Positions 1 to 13,513 of a stretch of DNA of 64,000 nt are shown here, piece by piece. Numbering within the stretch: the stretch's first letter is position 1; the number at the start of each line of letters is the position of its first letter. The stretch is from NCBI GenBank assembly GCA_965235115.1, contig OZ249436.1, positions 20,214,001 to 20,278,000 of the forward strand, read 5' to 3'. This DNA comes from Laetmonice hystrix. Taxonomy: Eukaryota. The notes beneath the pieces are model-generated. The model searched no databases, was not told where the DNA came from, and saw only the letters and a program-made list of their open reading frames with translations. The translations under genes were made by a program, and so were the position numbers.

Positions 1-1030
1 GTCGAATCCAGTGATTGCGATGAGAAACTGAAGCATTATGATTGTAGGCCTGCTAAAAGAGATAATAGTGGTCAGGAGGGTGACATGGAACATGTTGAAA
101 TCGATGCACAATGGGTTGATGACCTGCCTGCATGATATTGGTGGTATCGGCTGCACTTTTAGAACGGAACCTATTTAAATGTGACACCTCATGGTAGTAG
201 TTAAAGCTAATCTTCGCGAGCCCAATCCAATTCTGCAGCATTGAGCCAAAGAGTTGCCATAATTAATTATGCGATGGAAGCGGCAGATAAAAATACGAGT
301 TGTGAAGGTTTGTCAGTTACCTGCTGTACGGTTGTGGGTTCCGTGCATGGCTACTCCAACAGTAAAACTATGATCTGACGTCACTTTTTAAAACATAGCC
401 TACATAATTTCTCTGCTTCCCACTTATACACAGCCTCATTAATAGTTATGATAACCTCATACATATGCCTACTAAGCAAATTTAAAGCAATCAAAGAGTA
501 TCTCTCGTTTCAATGATTCGGTTTCGGTTCGTCGCCCAATGAATTTCATTGGCTGTTTAAGTCACTGCCAGGTCAACAATCTTTTCAACAATCAGTCATA
601 TTTGAAGACGATCGCTTCATAGCGACAACAGGTAACAATAGAATGCTTAATTTCATTAGATTTTTCCATTTCTGTATAAATTATTGATTTATGTAGTTTA
701 AGGCCTTATCTAACCTAACAGCCCATGTCTTCATTTTGGTGTCATTGAAATGAAAGATATTGGTTGATAGATTTAACTTCGTTTTTCAGCTTTCCAGAGA
801 AACATTAGTTCAAGCTTAGGGCCTATTTCAGACAATACCCAAATGGGCGCAAGTTAGACATGTCTGAAGTCAACACGTATATGAGTGTACCTAGACATAC
901 ATGTTGGTACCTGCATAGTGCACGTGAAAACCCTTGTAGCCGAAAATTTATTATCCCATCCCCCCTGAAGGGGATGGGATCTTGAAGTTGTATGGTTTCA
1001 TCTTCCCTATTATTATTATACATGTAGGGT

Positions 1031-1062
<32 letters not shown>
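1031..1062. repeat. (GTA)10 microsatellite inside the 5' part of the HINE
   Basis: Directly visible perfect trinucleotide run. Confidence 0.95.
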
Positions 1063-1669
1063 CGTTAACCCATGGTCGTATTTTGGTCATTTTTTAAGAT
1101 ATCTTAATGAAACTTGGTGGGGAGATAGGTACTGGGATTCTCTACTATGCAAATGAGTTATGACGTCATATGACGTAACGTCATGGAGTTATGACGTACT
1201 AATGGTTCCATATATAAAGGCCAATATTTCATTGAAAATGAAGATTTTTTTTAAACAACTCATACCATTGTTATTGGGACATGATCCCCTAAATTTTGTT
1301 TGGTCAATTTGACCTTTGACCTTTGACCTATATGACACTAAGGTCAAAATGTTGCAGTTACTTAAATCCCTACTAGTCCCACAAATTTTGAAGAAATTCC
1401 ATAAAACTGAACTCAAGCAAGGACATTAGTGGCCTCAGTACAGGAACGTTTTGAGATGAGCGATTTGACCTATATTAAGGGAGTCACGTGACCTCAAAGA
1501 TGAGTAAAATTGCAAGAAAGGAGTATTACTCAATTTACAAGCTAAAAAAGCCTGATATCATTCACCATTTGTAGGTACTACTCACAAAAGTACGATGGCC
1601 CAAAATTACAATTTGTGGTACAGACTACTAAAATGCTTTCTTCACGGGTAACAACTGAAAATAGAGTGA

Positions 1670-4600
1670 AGGTGATATCTTTCGGAATTTTACCATTGGG
1701 TTCAGGATTTGACCGATTTCCCACGAATTTGAAAAATCCAAGATGGCGGCCAAGTTGACCTAATTTCCGATTTCAGCACCATTGGATTGGGTAATAGGTC
1801 AACTGTCTCTGACTCCGAGATGGCTCCCCTAAATTCAGTAGTTTCTATGTTATGGGCCCTCAAAGTTGGCCCTTTTGGGTCATTTTCAACTAAAAATCAG
1901 TGATATCTCGAAAACGGTTAAAGATATCAATGTCTGGTTTTCACCATTAGGTTTAGGATGAAAACCTTGACCCATTTCCACCGAATTTGAAAAATCCAAG
2001 ATGGCGGCCAAGTTGACCTAATTTCCGATTTCAGCACCATTGGATTGCATAATAGGTCAACTGTCTCTGACTCCGAGATGGCCTCCCTAAATTCAGTAGT
2101 TTTCATGTTATGGCCCCTCAAAGTTGGCCCTTTTAGGTCATTTTCAACCAAAAATCAGTGATATCTCGAAAACCGTTAAAGATATCAATGTCTGGTTTTC
2201 ACTATTAGGTTTAGGATGAAAAACATGACCCATTTTTCCTGAATTTAAAAAATCCAAGATGGCGGCCAAGTTGACCTAATTTCCGATTTCAGCACCATTG
2301 GATTGCATAATAGGTCAACTGTCTCTGACTCCGAGATGGCTCCCCTAAATTCAGTAGTTTCCATGTTATGGCCCCTCAAAGTTGGCCCTTTTAGGTCATT
2401 TTCAACCAAAAATCAGTGATATCTCGAAAACGGCTAAAGATATCAATGTCTGATTTGCACCATTAGGTTTAGGATGAAAAACATGACCCATTTTTCCTGA
2501 ATTTAAAAAATCCAAGATGGCGGCCAAGTTGACCTAATTTCCGATTTCAGCACCATTGGATTGCATAATAGGTCAACTGTCTCTGACTCCGAGATGGCCC
2601 CCCTAAATTCAGTAGTTTCCATGTTATGGCCCCTCAAAGTTGGCCCTTTTGGGTCATTTTCAACCAGAAATCCGTGATATCTCGAAAACGGTTAAAGATA
2701 TCAATGTCTGGTTTTCACCATTGGGTTTAGGATGAAAGACGTGACCCATTTTCCCCTAAATTTGAAAAATCCAACATGGCGGCCAAGTTGACCTAATTTC
2801 CGATTTCTGCATCATTGAATTGGGTAATACGTCAACTGTCTCTGACACTGACATGGGTCCCCTAAATTCAATAGTTTCCATGTGATGGTCCCTCAAAGTT
2901 GGCCCTTTTAGGGTATTTTCAACCAAAATCAGTGATATCTCGAAAACCGTTAAAGATATCAATGTCTGGTTTTCACTATTAGGTTTAGGATGAAAAACTT
3001 GACCCATTTTCCCCAAATTTGAAAAATCCAAGATGGCGGCCAAGTTGACCTAATTTCCGATTTCAGCACCATTGGATTGGGTAATAGGTCAACTGTCTCT
3101 GACTCCGAGATGGCTCCCCTAAATTCAGTAGTTTCTATGTTATGGGCCCTCAAAGTTGGCCCTTTTGGGTCATTTTCAACTAAAAATCAGTGATATCTCG
3201 AAAACGGTTAAAGATATCAATGTCTGGTTTTCACCATTAGGTTTAGGATGAAAACCTTGACCCATTTCCACCGAATTTGAAAAATCCAAGATGGCGGCCA
3301 AGTTGACCTAATTTCCGATTTCAGCACCATTGGATTGCATAATAGGTCAACTGTCTCTGACTCCGAGATGGCCCCCCTAAATTCAGTAGTTTTCATGTTA
3401 TGGCCCCTCAAAGTTGGCCCTTTTAGGTCATTTTCAACCAAAAATCAGTGATATCTCGAAAACCGTTAAAGATATCAATGTCTGGTTTTCACTATTAGGT
3501 TTAGGATGAAAAACATGACCCATTTTTCCTGAATTTAAAAAATCCAAGATGGCGGCCAAGTTGACCTAATTTCCGATTTCAGCACCATTGGATTGCATAA
3601 TAGGTCAACTGTCTCTGACTCCGAGATGGCTCCCCTAAATTCAGTAGTTTCCATGTTATGGCCCCTCAAAGTTGGCCCTTTTAGGTCATTTTCAACCAAA
3701 AATCAGTGATATCTCGAAAACGGCTAAAGATATCAATGTCTGATTTGCACCATTAGGTTTAGGATGAAAAACATGACCCATTTTTCCTGAATTTAAAAAA
3801 TCCAAGATGGCGGCCAAGTTGACCTAATTTCCGATTTCAGCACCATTGGATTGCATAATAGGTCAACTGTCTCTGACTCCGAGATGGCCCCCCTAAATTC
3901 AGTAGTTTCCATGTTATGGCCCCTCAAAGTTGGCCCTTTTGGGTCATTTTCAACCAGAAATCCGTGATATCTCGAAAACGGTTAAAGATATCAATGTCTG
4001 GTTTTCACCATTGGGTTTAGGATGAAAGACGTGACCCATTTTCCCCTAAATTTGAAAAATCCAACATGGCGGCCAAGTTGACCTAATTTCCGATTTCTGC
4101 ATCATTGAATTGGGTAATACGTCAACTGTCTCTGACACTGACATGGGTCCCCTAAATTCAATAGTTTCCATGTGATGGTCCCTCAAAGTTGGCCCTTTTA
4201 GGGTATTTTCAACCAAAATCAGTGATATCTCGAAAACCGTTAAAGATATCAATGTCTGGTTTTCACTATTAGGTTTAGGATGAAAAACTTGACCCATTTT
4301 CCCCAAATTTGAAAAATCCAAGATGGCGGCCAAGTTGACCTAATTTCCGATTTCAGCACCATTGGATTGGGTAATAGGTCAACTGTCTCTGACTTCGAGA
4401 TAGCTCCCCTCAATTCAGTAGTTTCCATGTTATGGGCCCTCAAAGTTGGCCCTTTTGGGTCATTTTCAACTAAAAATCAGTGATATCTCGAAAACGGTTA
4501 AAGATATCAATGTCTGGTTTTCAGCATTAGGTTTAAGATGAAAAACTTGACCCATTTTCCCCGAATTTGAAAAATCCAAGATGACGGCCAAGTTGACCTA

Positions 4601-5812
4601 ATTTCCGATTTCTGCATCATTGAATTGGGTAATACGTCAACTGTCTCTGACACTGACATGGGTCCCCTAAATTCAATAGTTTCCTTGACTTGTGATGGCC
4701 CCTCAAAGTTGGCCCTTTTAGGGTATTTTCAACCAAAAATCAGTGATATCTCGAAAACCGTTAAAGATATTAGGTTTAGGATGAAAAACTTGACCCATTT
4801 TCCCCAAATTTGAAAAATCCAAGATGGCGGCCAAGTTGACCTAATTTCCGATTTCAGCACCATTGGATTGGGTAATAGGTCAACTGTCTCTGACTCCGAG
4901 ATGGCTCCCCTCAATTCAGTAGTTTCCATGTTATGGGCCCTCAAAGTTGGCCCTTTTGGATCATTTTCAACCAAAAATCAGTGATATCTCGAAAACGGTT
5001 AAAGATATCAATGTCTGGTTTTCAGCATTAGGTTTAAGATGAAAAACTTGACCCATTTTCCCCGAATTTGAAAAATCCAAGATGGCGGCCAAGTTGACCT
5101 AATTTCCGATTTCAGCACCATTGGATTGCATAATAGGTCAACTGTCTCTGACTCCGAGATGGCCCCCCTAGATTCAGTAGTTTTCATGTTATGGCCCCTC
5201 AAAGTTGGCCCTTTTAGGTCATTTTCAACCAGAAATCAGTGATATCTCGAAAACGGCTAAGGATATCAATGTCTGGTTTGCACCATAGGGTTTAGGATGA
5301 AAAACATGACCCATTTTCCCTGAATTTGAAAAATCCAAGATGGCGGCCAAGTTGACCTAATTTCCGATTTCATCACCATTGGATTCCATAATAGGTCAAC
5401 TGTCTCTGACTCCGAGATGGCCCCCCTAGATTCAGTAGTTTTCATGTTATGGCCCCTCAAAGTTGGCCCTTTTGGGTCATTTTCAACCAAAAATCAGTGA
5501 TATCTCGAAAACGGTTAAAGATATCAATGTCTGGTTTGCACCATTAGGTTTAGGATGAAAAACTTGACCCATTTCCCCCGAATTTGAAAAACCTAAGATG
5601 GCGGCCAAGTTGACCTAATTTCCGATTTCAGCACCATTCGATTGCATAATAGGTCAACTGTCTCTGACTCCGAGATGGCTCCCCTAAATTTAGTAGTTTC
5701 CATGTTATGGCCCCTCAAAGTTGGCCCTATTGGGTCATTTTCAACCAAAAATCAGTGATATCTCGAAAACGGTTAAAGATATCAATGTTTGGTTTTGACC
5801 ATTGGGTTTATG
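1670..5812. repeat. 258-bp satellite array, 16 monomers, with a 1290-bp (5-mer) higher-order duplication
   Basis: Anchor (G/A)AAAAATCCAA(G/C)ATGGCGGCC, with single substitutions in the copies at 4569 and 5586, at 1731, 1989, 2247, 2505, 2764, 3021, 3279, 3537, 3795, 4054, 4311, 4569, 4812, 5070, 5328 and 5586. Blocks 1731-3020 and 3021-4310 are almost identical; ORF-track pairs are offset by exactly 1290. Confidence 0.97.
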
Positions 5813-5814
5813 AG

Positions 5815-6260
5815 GAAGTCATACATCTTTGGTTTGACACGATTATTTTTTAGGTCACATGACCTATGACGGCATAAAGATTTCAATATTATCTCAGAAC
5901 TATAAATGGTAAATGGTTGAATTTAGAGGCATAGCTGCTATTGATGTCAAATAGGAAGTCATATATATGCTCTTTCATTTCGCACAATATTATTTTAGGT
6001 CACGTGAGCGATGATGTCATAATGATGTCATCGATATTTTCTCAGGGCTATAACTTGTAAATGGTTCAAGTTAGAGCCATAGTTACTATTAAACACTAAT
6101 AGGAAATCATACATTCTCTTTCGTTTGACACCACTATAATTCAGGTCACGTGAACTATGACGTCATAATGGTGCTATCTATATTTTCTCAGGGTTATAAC
6201 TTGTAACTGGTGGAAGATAGAGTCAGTAATGGGACATATGACGTCATAATGATGTCATTG
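5815..6260. repeat. Degenerate ~146-bp tandem repeat (about 3 copies) in the 3' part of the HINE
   Basis: AGGTCAC(A/G)TGA...ATGA(C/T)G(G/T)CATAA...TCTCAG..CTATAA recurs at about 5852, 5997 and 6143. Confidence 0.75.
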
Positions 6261-7824
6261 CCATCTTCTAAGGCTCATAACTCAGAAACGATGCAAGATA
6301 AAGCCCTACTTCTTAAAAGGAAAAGAAAGGATACATAGCAAATGACATAAAAAGGGCCTTGCTACATAGGCTATGTAAATATGCAGGCCTATCCTTCCTA
6401 GAGGGGATGGGATCTCATGTGGCCCCTGCCACATGGCGTCTAGTTATAATAGGACTTGTGTTTGCCGCGGGTCAGTTGAAGCAGCGTCTATCTTATCATT
6501 ATACTTCAGGTATCATTTGGTTGTATTCTATGGTGTATAGCCAGAACGTTATCTATCATGGTCGTACTGACGAATCCAACAGCTCTAGGTCCCAGAGTCT
6601 GTTCCGAAGAACACGCGACTCTATGGCTTCATCGTCAAGACCAAAGAAGCCTATGCTCGTCGTATAACCATGACAAAGGAAATGAATGCCTCAAATGATA
6701 AATTGCCGCAGGCATTTCCCAGGGTGAAGCTCTGTGCCTAACACGTGCATAGTACCAAACTATTGGAGCATAAATCACCACTTGATATTCCCTGCTGACA
6801 AGAGGGCGTATAGAGTCCAACGTTGGCCTTGTATATAGAAGCAGATTTGCCACCTGTGTGGTGCATCACTGAAAAATCGTTATTTCGGGGATCTAGGTCA
6901 TTGCATATTTCGAAAGTTAGAAATAATATGAACGAGGGAATTCCTGAGTGCAGAAATTGGGTCGACGTTTCCTTTAGATCCCGATCTACAACTGCATAGA
7001 AACGTGTGAAGGTCAGAGGTCGATTCGGTGGGGACATATTTTGTGAAATCTCGGTTGGAGCGACGTGATAGATGAGCATTGATTGATCGGGTTTGGGGGG
7101 GGGGGGGGGGGTAAGGTGCATGTGAATGGCTAGATGATGTATGTGTCTGACGAAGACGAGGAGATCATATTCCTATAAGACATTCCGGACTTGGTTGCTG
7201 TGCATGCTCCATCGTTGCTGTCCATTGGCTCTCGAACTGAAAAACCTCTCCTGATCCTGGTTTTGAATGCATCCTACATAACCTAACACAAATTTCACAA
7301 TGATTGGGATAAAAAATGTTGACCTGCGTTGCAGCAAAGCTTCAAAGCAAACAGATGTTTACTGGTCAGAGCAAGGCTTGTCTCCCGTAAAGAGGCTGGC
7401 AAGAGTAATGGTTGTTCACATATGTTCAGGTACCCATGGGACCGACTGTTCCTGCCTTGTGCCTTTCCTTAATGTGGACGGGACCCTTGAGGTCACTCAA
7501 GGCAAACGCCTCGGGGGCTGTTAGATAAACCGTCGTGTGCGACATCACGTACACCATTAGTTCCTCCGTCCTTGTCAACCAGCTGGTGCGCCTGTTGACG
7601 AAGTAAAAACTCACTTTTATCGTTCAGCTATGTTTTTCTCCTTTATGTGGACACGCGTTAAGGACCACGGGAATTATTGAGGCAATTCATCACATTTCAC
7701 AGCATGAACCTTTCTATTAGGGGTCGATACAGTTTTGGTTCAATGATTCAAAGTTGATGTAAAGTACGTTCTGTTCAATATTATGGTCGGTTGAGAAAAC
7801 GTGTTTGATCTCATATAATGTTAA

Positions 7825-8347
7825 AGGGGCATGCTATGGAACACGTTTTGGAGGATTTCCGGCAATCATCCAACATGACCGTGTACTAGGGATCCAAGTA
7901 AATAATCCTACCACAGCATTTTGTTCTCCGACGTGTTTCCGCTGTGTATGCAGCACAAGTAGGTTCTATACGACCAAACCTATAGATTTCTCCCGATAGC
8001 ACATCTCCCGCCATAATTTGGTAGACAACCTACCATCAACCCGTGTACTGCGTCACACCCTACGTGTGCACTCTCTGCATGTGCGTATAGTCACGTGCTT
8101 CGCTTAGTTGTAAACAATTCAGCAGTTGCACTCGATCGTCCGGCATCAGAATGTCACCCGAAAAATATTTTACGAAATCGGCAGAGAAGCGGGCACGGGA
8201 GCTTCATAAACTTTGATTTCTCACGCAAAATGAAACTGATAAGTCTGTCTTTGTTTACCAAGGCTATTTTAATGAAGGATCTCTTTATGAAAACAGCAAA
8301 AGTTCTTTGAAATACCGATTTTTCACGTTTCCTCATAATATGCCCCT
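7825..8347. mobile_element. Kolobok-like non-autonomous DNA transposon (TTAA TSD)
   Basis: TTAA|AGGGGCATGCTATG ... CATAATATGCCCCT|TTAA: imperfect 14-bp TIR starting with purines, TTAA on both sides. Confidence 0.75.
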
Positions 8348-11300
8348 TTAACGCGACGGTTGGGTTTTAGTGAGTATGAGTCCCCCCCCCCCAATCCGTC
8401 AGCACACCTTCAGTTAACATTGGTTTGACGCAGAAGTAGGCCTAACGTCGATTTTCCAGATATTCAACTGCTGTCGAATCGCCCGGTTCGTTTAAAAGTT
8501 TGCCGTGTGTGTTAGGAACATGACCTCGTGAATATTCGAGTTATGCTGGAGAAAAGCGAGAAAAAAAATAAAGCTTGTAAACAAAGGTATAAACGGATTT
8601 GTGACTAAAACGACCAAAAAAGGCCAATCATGATTTGAAAGAAATGGATGTTGATTACAAATTCCATGAGACTACTAGGAAATCTATTTTTGCATTGTCC
8701 TATTTCTGTATTACAATGGGCGCAGGGCCCATCTTGTCACGTGTTTTCAGTCTTTACATCAACAGACAATTATGTGTGCAAAATCGTTTGTGACTTTTAT
8801 TATAGAAATCAGTAATACTGCGGTATTTATCCTGATACCAATTAGGCCACTAATGGACGCGAAAATAGTTTTGTGAGTATCTTTTTACAATGCATGGAAA
8901 ACTATGAGTAGAACTGACTGAATAATTAGTAGTCAAGTGCTGGTTACACGTAATGTCGGAAATCAAGATTTTTAGGTCAGGCGATTAGTTGGTACGACAC
9001 CTCTTCTTTTCGCATCCTCAATAATGACAAAGAAGGACCCGCTTCGGCTCTACTGGAATGATCTAATTAAAATAGGGGATCATCTACCGAATCACGCATT
9101 TACCAAGCCTGGTTCTCCCTGTCTGCGGCTTGTATACAGTCTCCAGCAATCTCCTTTTTTTTCTTTTGACGCAGTTGCATAACTATAGCGACCGATGCTT
9201 GTCAGATTTAATAGGTAATTTTATCTCTTTCTTTCAGTAGTATAGGTCTGTTAATATGTGTAATAGTATAAGCATCATCAATAATGCAGATCGCTCAGTT
9301 TGAAAATCAAGAAATTGCTAACCTAAGCAGGTGCATGAGTTATGCCGCTTTAGCTTTCAAACTGATGGTCCAACAACTGCTCCCAAATTCCCTATACAAG
9401 CACTGTTCGGAATGCTAGCGAGCAAGGCAACAGGTGCCCCAAAACGTCGTTACTAATTAACATGTATACCCGGTTCCATTTTGGGGATCCTTAGACTATT
9501 TCCCGGGAGGGTCGCCTGTAGTCTAACTACCTTCTCCCCCTTGTCCGTAAATCCCCCATCCCAGTTTGTTTTTGCTGTCAAGGGAATCTTGGTAGCCTTT
9601 CATCAGACCAAAGCGTTTCATATTCAGCCAGGATATCCTCCCACATGACCCATTTGATGTTCTTGATATACACTACTGGTAAATTAATTTTAGACCTAAG
9701 CCTGGTCCAGAATGCCACCCCATTTCGGTAAAGGTGACCCAGTGAGGCAGGTTGATTGAGTTGTCGGTGGTCTTCCTAAACTGTGACACCAGGGCGAGCG
9801 GTTGCTCTGTACCAATATTTGCCAGCTGTCGCTGAGAAGATTTGATAATCCCTTTTCTAGAAGGAAGACATGTTTGCATGAATGCGAGCGTTCCACCTAT
9901 GATATGGTCAGTTTGCCCCTGATTTAAAAAGTGGTGTGAAATGGCGAAGATTATATTTAGGTCGACCAACGAAATAGCGTTTCATGACACACAACGGACA
10001 AGTATGCAAATGTCGTGACGTAGGCTAGATCATCCGTCAGGGAAGAAGGGTATAAAAGCTAGGAGACCGCTAGGATTGGGCCTTCTTGGAAGCAGACGGT
10101 CAGGCCGAGTGGTGTTTTGTTGCCCACCTTCTCCCCTTCTCCCACCTAGGGGTATTGGAATTGGACGGGGGTATAAGGAGAGTTCCTGCAATGAAGTTTA
10201 ATTTGGCTTAATTCTCGGGTTTCAAGGAGCCCCCAAAAAGGGGGTTGTTATATAGGCCTATGCTTATATTGGGGTCGCAATTCGGTAAAATCAATGTTGT
10301 AGGTTATATTGCATGCGTAGTGGGTTCCTGTGGTGGAATCCGTAGGGTTCTCTTACCCATAATCTCGTGAGGACATCCTTGCATGGTTACGGAGGAGGCC
10401 TTTCGGGCCCAAATCATCCTCAGTCCCACGCTCGGGGTTGAACCGCTTCGAGCGATTCCCCCCTAACAACAGCCAGCCTTTTTTCACCGGAGAAAAGATC
10501 GCAGCGCCATCTGCTTACGACCTAATAATTCTCCTTACGGCCTACTTGCAGTACCGCAAGCACCAATCAGATTACAGGACTGCCTGGGGCGCGATTCATG
10601 AAAATTAGCTTGCATTTCTGGTTAGCCAGGAACATGATCCCGAGTAAAGTTATTGTTGTCGAAGCAAGATGGCGAACCAACGATGACCGTTTAGTGTTGG
10701 TGCTATGTTAGTGTAGTGTTTAGAGTCTGTGACGACGATGCCAGATTCCTATTAATATTCATGATCTCAAGGGGTAGAATGCAAGATGGGCCCAAATAGG
10801 ATGCCGGAGAAAATAATGGTGAAGTTTGTCGTTCTGTACGCTTGTACTGAACTTTCCTCCACCTAAAGCCTCAGGGAGGATTTGTCATCAGTTCGGACGA
10901 TAGGTAGGCCTAACCTGGTTCTTGCAGTCTGCATATAGGCTAGCCTAATGTGAATAATTGTCATCGACAGAAGCTATGGTGTTCCCTCACCTAAAGCTTC
11001 AAGGGCGAATCTTCGATTTCAGTGACATTTTCTCTGCATGTTCGCGGTCGTGGAAGTAGATAAATAAAAGTATCTACAAGGAACCCTTGTATTGGGAGTT
11101 GTGTGCAATGAAATCATGTTCTGCTGCCTTATCGAATCCGCTATTTTTCTTCATTATTTGGGCTGCCTTGCCATTTAATTGTTGTTGGCCTATTATATAC
11201 ATGAACATCGATCGTGATGGTTTTAGGTGGAAAGCTCATTACCACCAGTCTAATTAGAACAAGCGATCAAGTCGTATAAGATGCAAACACTGGAGGATTA

Positions 11301-13513
11301 CAGTCATCACTAAAGGAACAGCAGAACGCCATCTGATTGCAGATGAACGCAGGAATGCAGTGAAAGGATCTGAATACTTGAATACATCTGAATTTTCACG
11401 TTCGTATAAAAGTCGAGGGGGGAAGAACAATGTTGTCTCACCATCACCTTGACTGCAGCGTCAGCAAGAGACCGATTTGTCATCTTCTCCTTTGGCGATA
11501 AGCAACCACCGTTTCCTGGCCAGATGGTGCGCCATAAAGAATGTCTTGACGAAGCCGATATTTTTGAGACGGTTGGTGGCAAAATGAAAGCAATTCACAC
11601 GGACTTGTATTCACATATGACAAATACGCGCACCATGTACGGTTGTAAACATTGAAGTCTGTAGGCGAACTTGTCAGCAGACTGGAGATTCGGATGCAGT
11701 GTGAAATGACGGGCAAGACGGGCTTTTTTCAGCAGTCCTGGCAGAAGAGGATGAAAGAGGTGCCTCCCGTCCCGAGCTTATACAGCTCGGTTTATTCACG
11801 CGGTTGTCTGTTTAAATGTCTTTGTTACTGGCAATAAAGTCAGGCCGTGAAAAGTCATGAACATACATGAACGGTTTAGCGGCAGCTTATGTAGAACATG
11901 TCTTGGTGACGTATGGTCTTCAATGGGTTATTGGAGTGTATAGTTTTGTTAGTTAGTTCATTAGTTACGATGAATCACCCGAACATAATCTCTCCAATAA
12001 TGGGCTCCCCGTGGGCTCCCTACACATTTTGTACTAATTAACCTATCTGATTCTTTGAAACGCTAAAATATAGTTTCAAACATCACCAGAGCATGCATCA
12101 CATAGTCCGATGACTATACACAGTCACATTACAAAGAGCCTCTAGGGGCCTATTTATGAAAAAAAAATTCCAATGGCGATGCAAGGGGATAGACCCGCAG
12201 ATCGCCAAAAAGTGGAAGCTGAGTTTCCATTGAATGAGGAGAAAGGAGGACTGTCCTCCTATATTGAAGTATTTGGTTACCGTGCCAAATCTTTTCGTAA
12301 TCGTGGACGAGCTCGAGGTGAACATCTGGTTCTTTCCTGATTTCTGAGAGATACGATATATAGGCATATCGCGTGTAGACTCTATCCCAAGATATAATTA
12401 TGATATTTCTGAAAAGATACTTTTAAGCGTGTTTCTATCCGCTACGTGTTTGTAACATCTGGGCCCAGGTAGAAATAGGTAAATGTGGAAACCAGTCGAA
12501 GTCATAGGGTTGGGACTACAGCACCATTCCATATATGGGATGGCAGCTAGCGTTTGGCGTAGACCGCAGGGGCCGCAAGATGTATAAGTTTCCAGAGGGT
12601 GACTAAATTTACATAGGTTACTTCCCTATCCGCGGAATTTCGTATTTTTGCTCATTTTCTAACGTCTCTAGTCACTATGTGGCCTCATTATATGTTGGCT
12701 TAGGCATACATACGCAGATATATGTAGCGATAAGACTAACATGCATGTTATTTTTTTCGTTTGGTCCTAATACTGATGAAAATAATGTGATTTAATTATA
12801 TAGACGTAATAATAATAATTATTGTTAGTATGGCGATGCTACTGCTGGATGATTTATCGTGATTATTATAAATGGTGGACACGGAAAAAGTTGGGAATAG
12901 ACCGAGCAGACTGAATGGAAACTGTTGAACTGTTAAATGAGCGTGGACCGTTCGCTGCAGCTCGTACTGTCCATTAGTGACCAGCGTCTGGACACGGGTC
13001 ACAATGAGATCACGTGATAGGGGAATCCTCCTGAAACCTATACAGATGGACGGAGTGAACGAGCGCCGTCCTATATTCTTACCCCTTGTGGTTTATTCAC
13101 TAACACCAGTTTCTATAGCATCGCCAACGTATACTCTCAATGTTAGCGTACACAGTGCATGCATGCAGTAATTAGCTGGAAATGTATGTATAGTCGTCTC
13201 CACGTTAAGATAATGGGGCAAACATTTCTTTTTAAAACCAGAAGACAGATTGTACCGATTGACCGGCCGGTGATGGTTTGTGATATAATGATGATCATTA
13301 TTCCGCAGATATAAATTTCCGCTTGCCATCGTGGCAGACCAGTGCACGTATATGTCATTTACTAAATACGACATGTATGCATATATGTTCCCTCATATAT
13401 GAGCTCGCTGCAACAAACAGGCATATTCTTTGCAATTTAAGTACTACCTAAAAATGCGGCCGTATAAGCAAAAGCCACACAGGCTGCCAGACTGCATCAG
13501 CACCAGTTATTAA

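Larger units (their letters stand above)
948..6445 (+). mobile_element. Non-autonomous Helentron-associated element (HINE / DINE-1-like) with central satellite array
   Basis: 5' hairpin ATCCCATCCCC(953-963)/GGGGATGGGAT(970-980) after a T-rich start. The same 11-mer GGGGATGGGAT recurs at 6403-6413 (subterminal inverted repeat). It is followed by the hairpin CATGTGGC-CCCT-GCCACATG (6416-6435) and CTAG-TT (6440-6445). (TAT)n/(GTA)n microsatellites lie near the 5' end, a tandem array sits in the centre, and there is no TSD. This matches the known subTIR + 3' hairpin + microsatellite + core-repeat layout. Confidence 0.75.

Noticed and set aside
1927..5490. Repeated 60-95 aa ORFs (..EIRSTWPPSWIFQI..) as a gene family
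   Set aside because: They are translations of the 258-bp satellite monomer; frames are inconsistent and no domain is recognisable.
10370..10470. Hammerhead ribozyme or SINE on the minus strand (CTGAGGA..GGCCCGAAAGGCC; GGTTCAACCCC)
   Set aside because: The GAAA sits in a hairpin loop rather than after a stem II, no stems I/III can be built, and no A box is correctly spaced from the B-box-like motif.
11227..11840. Possible degraded exon (AG acceptor, 68-aa ORF, AATAAA)
   Set aside because: Stops occur in all frames and no protein family is recognisable.
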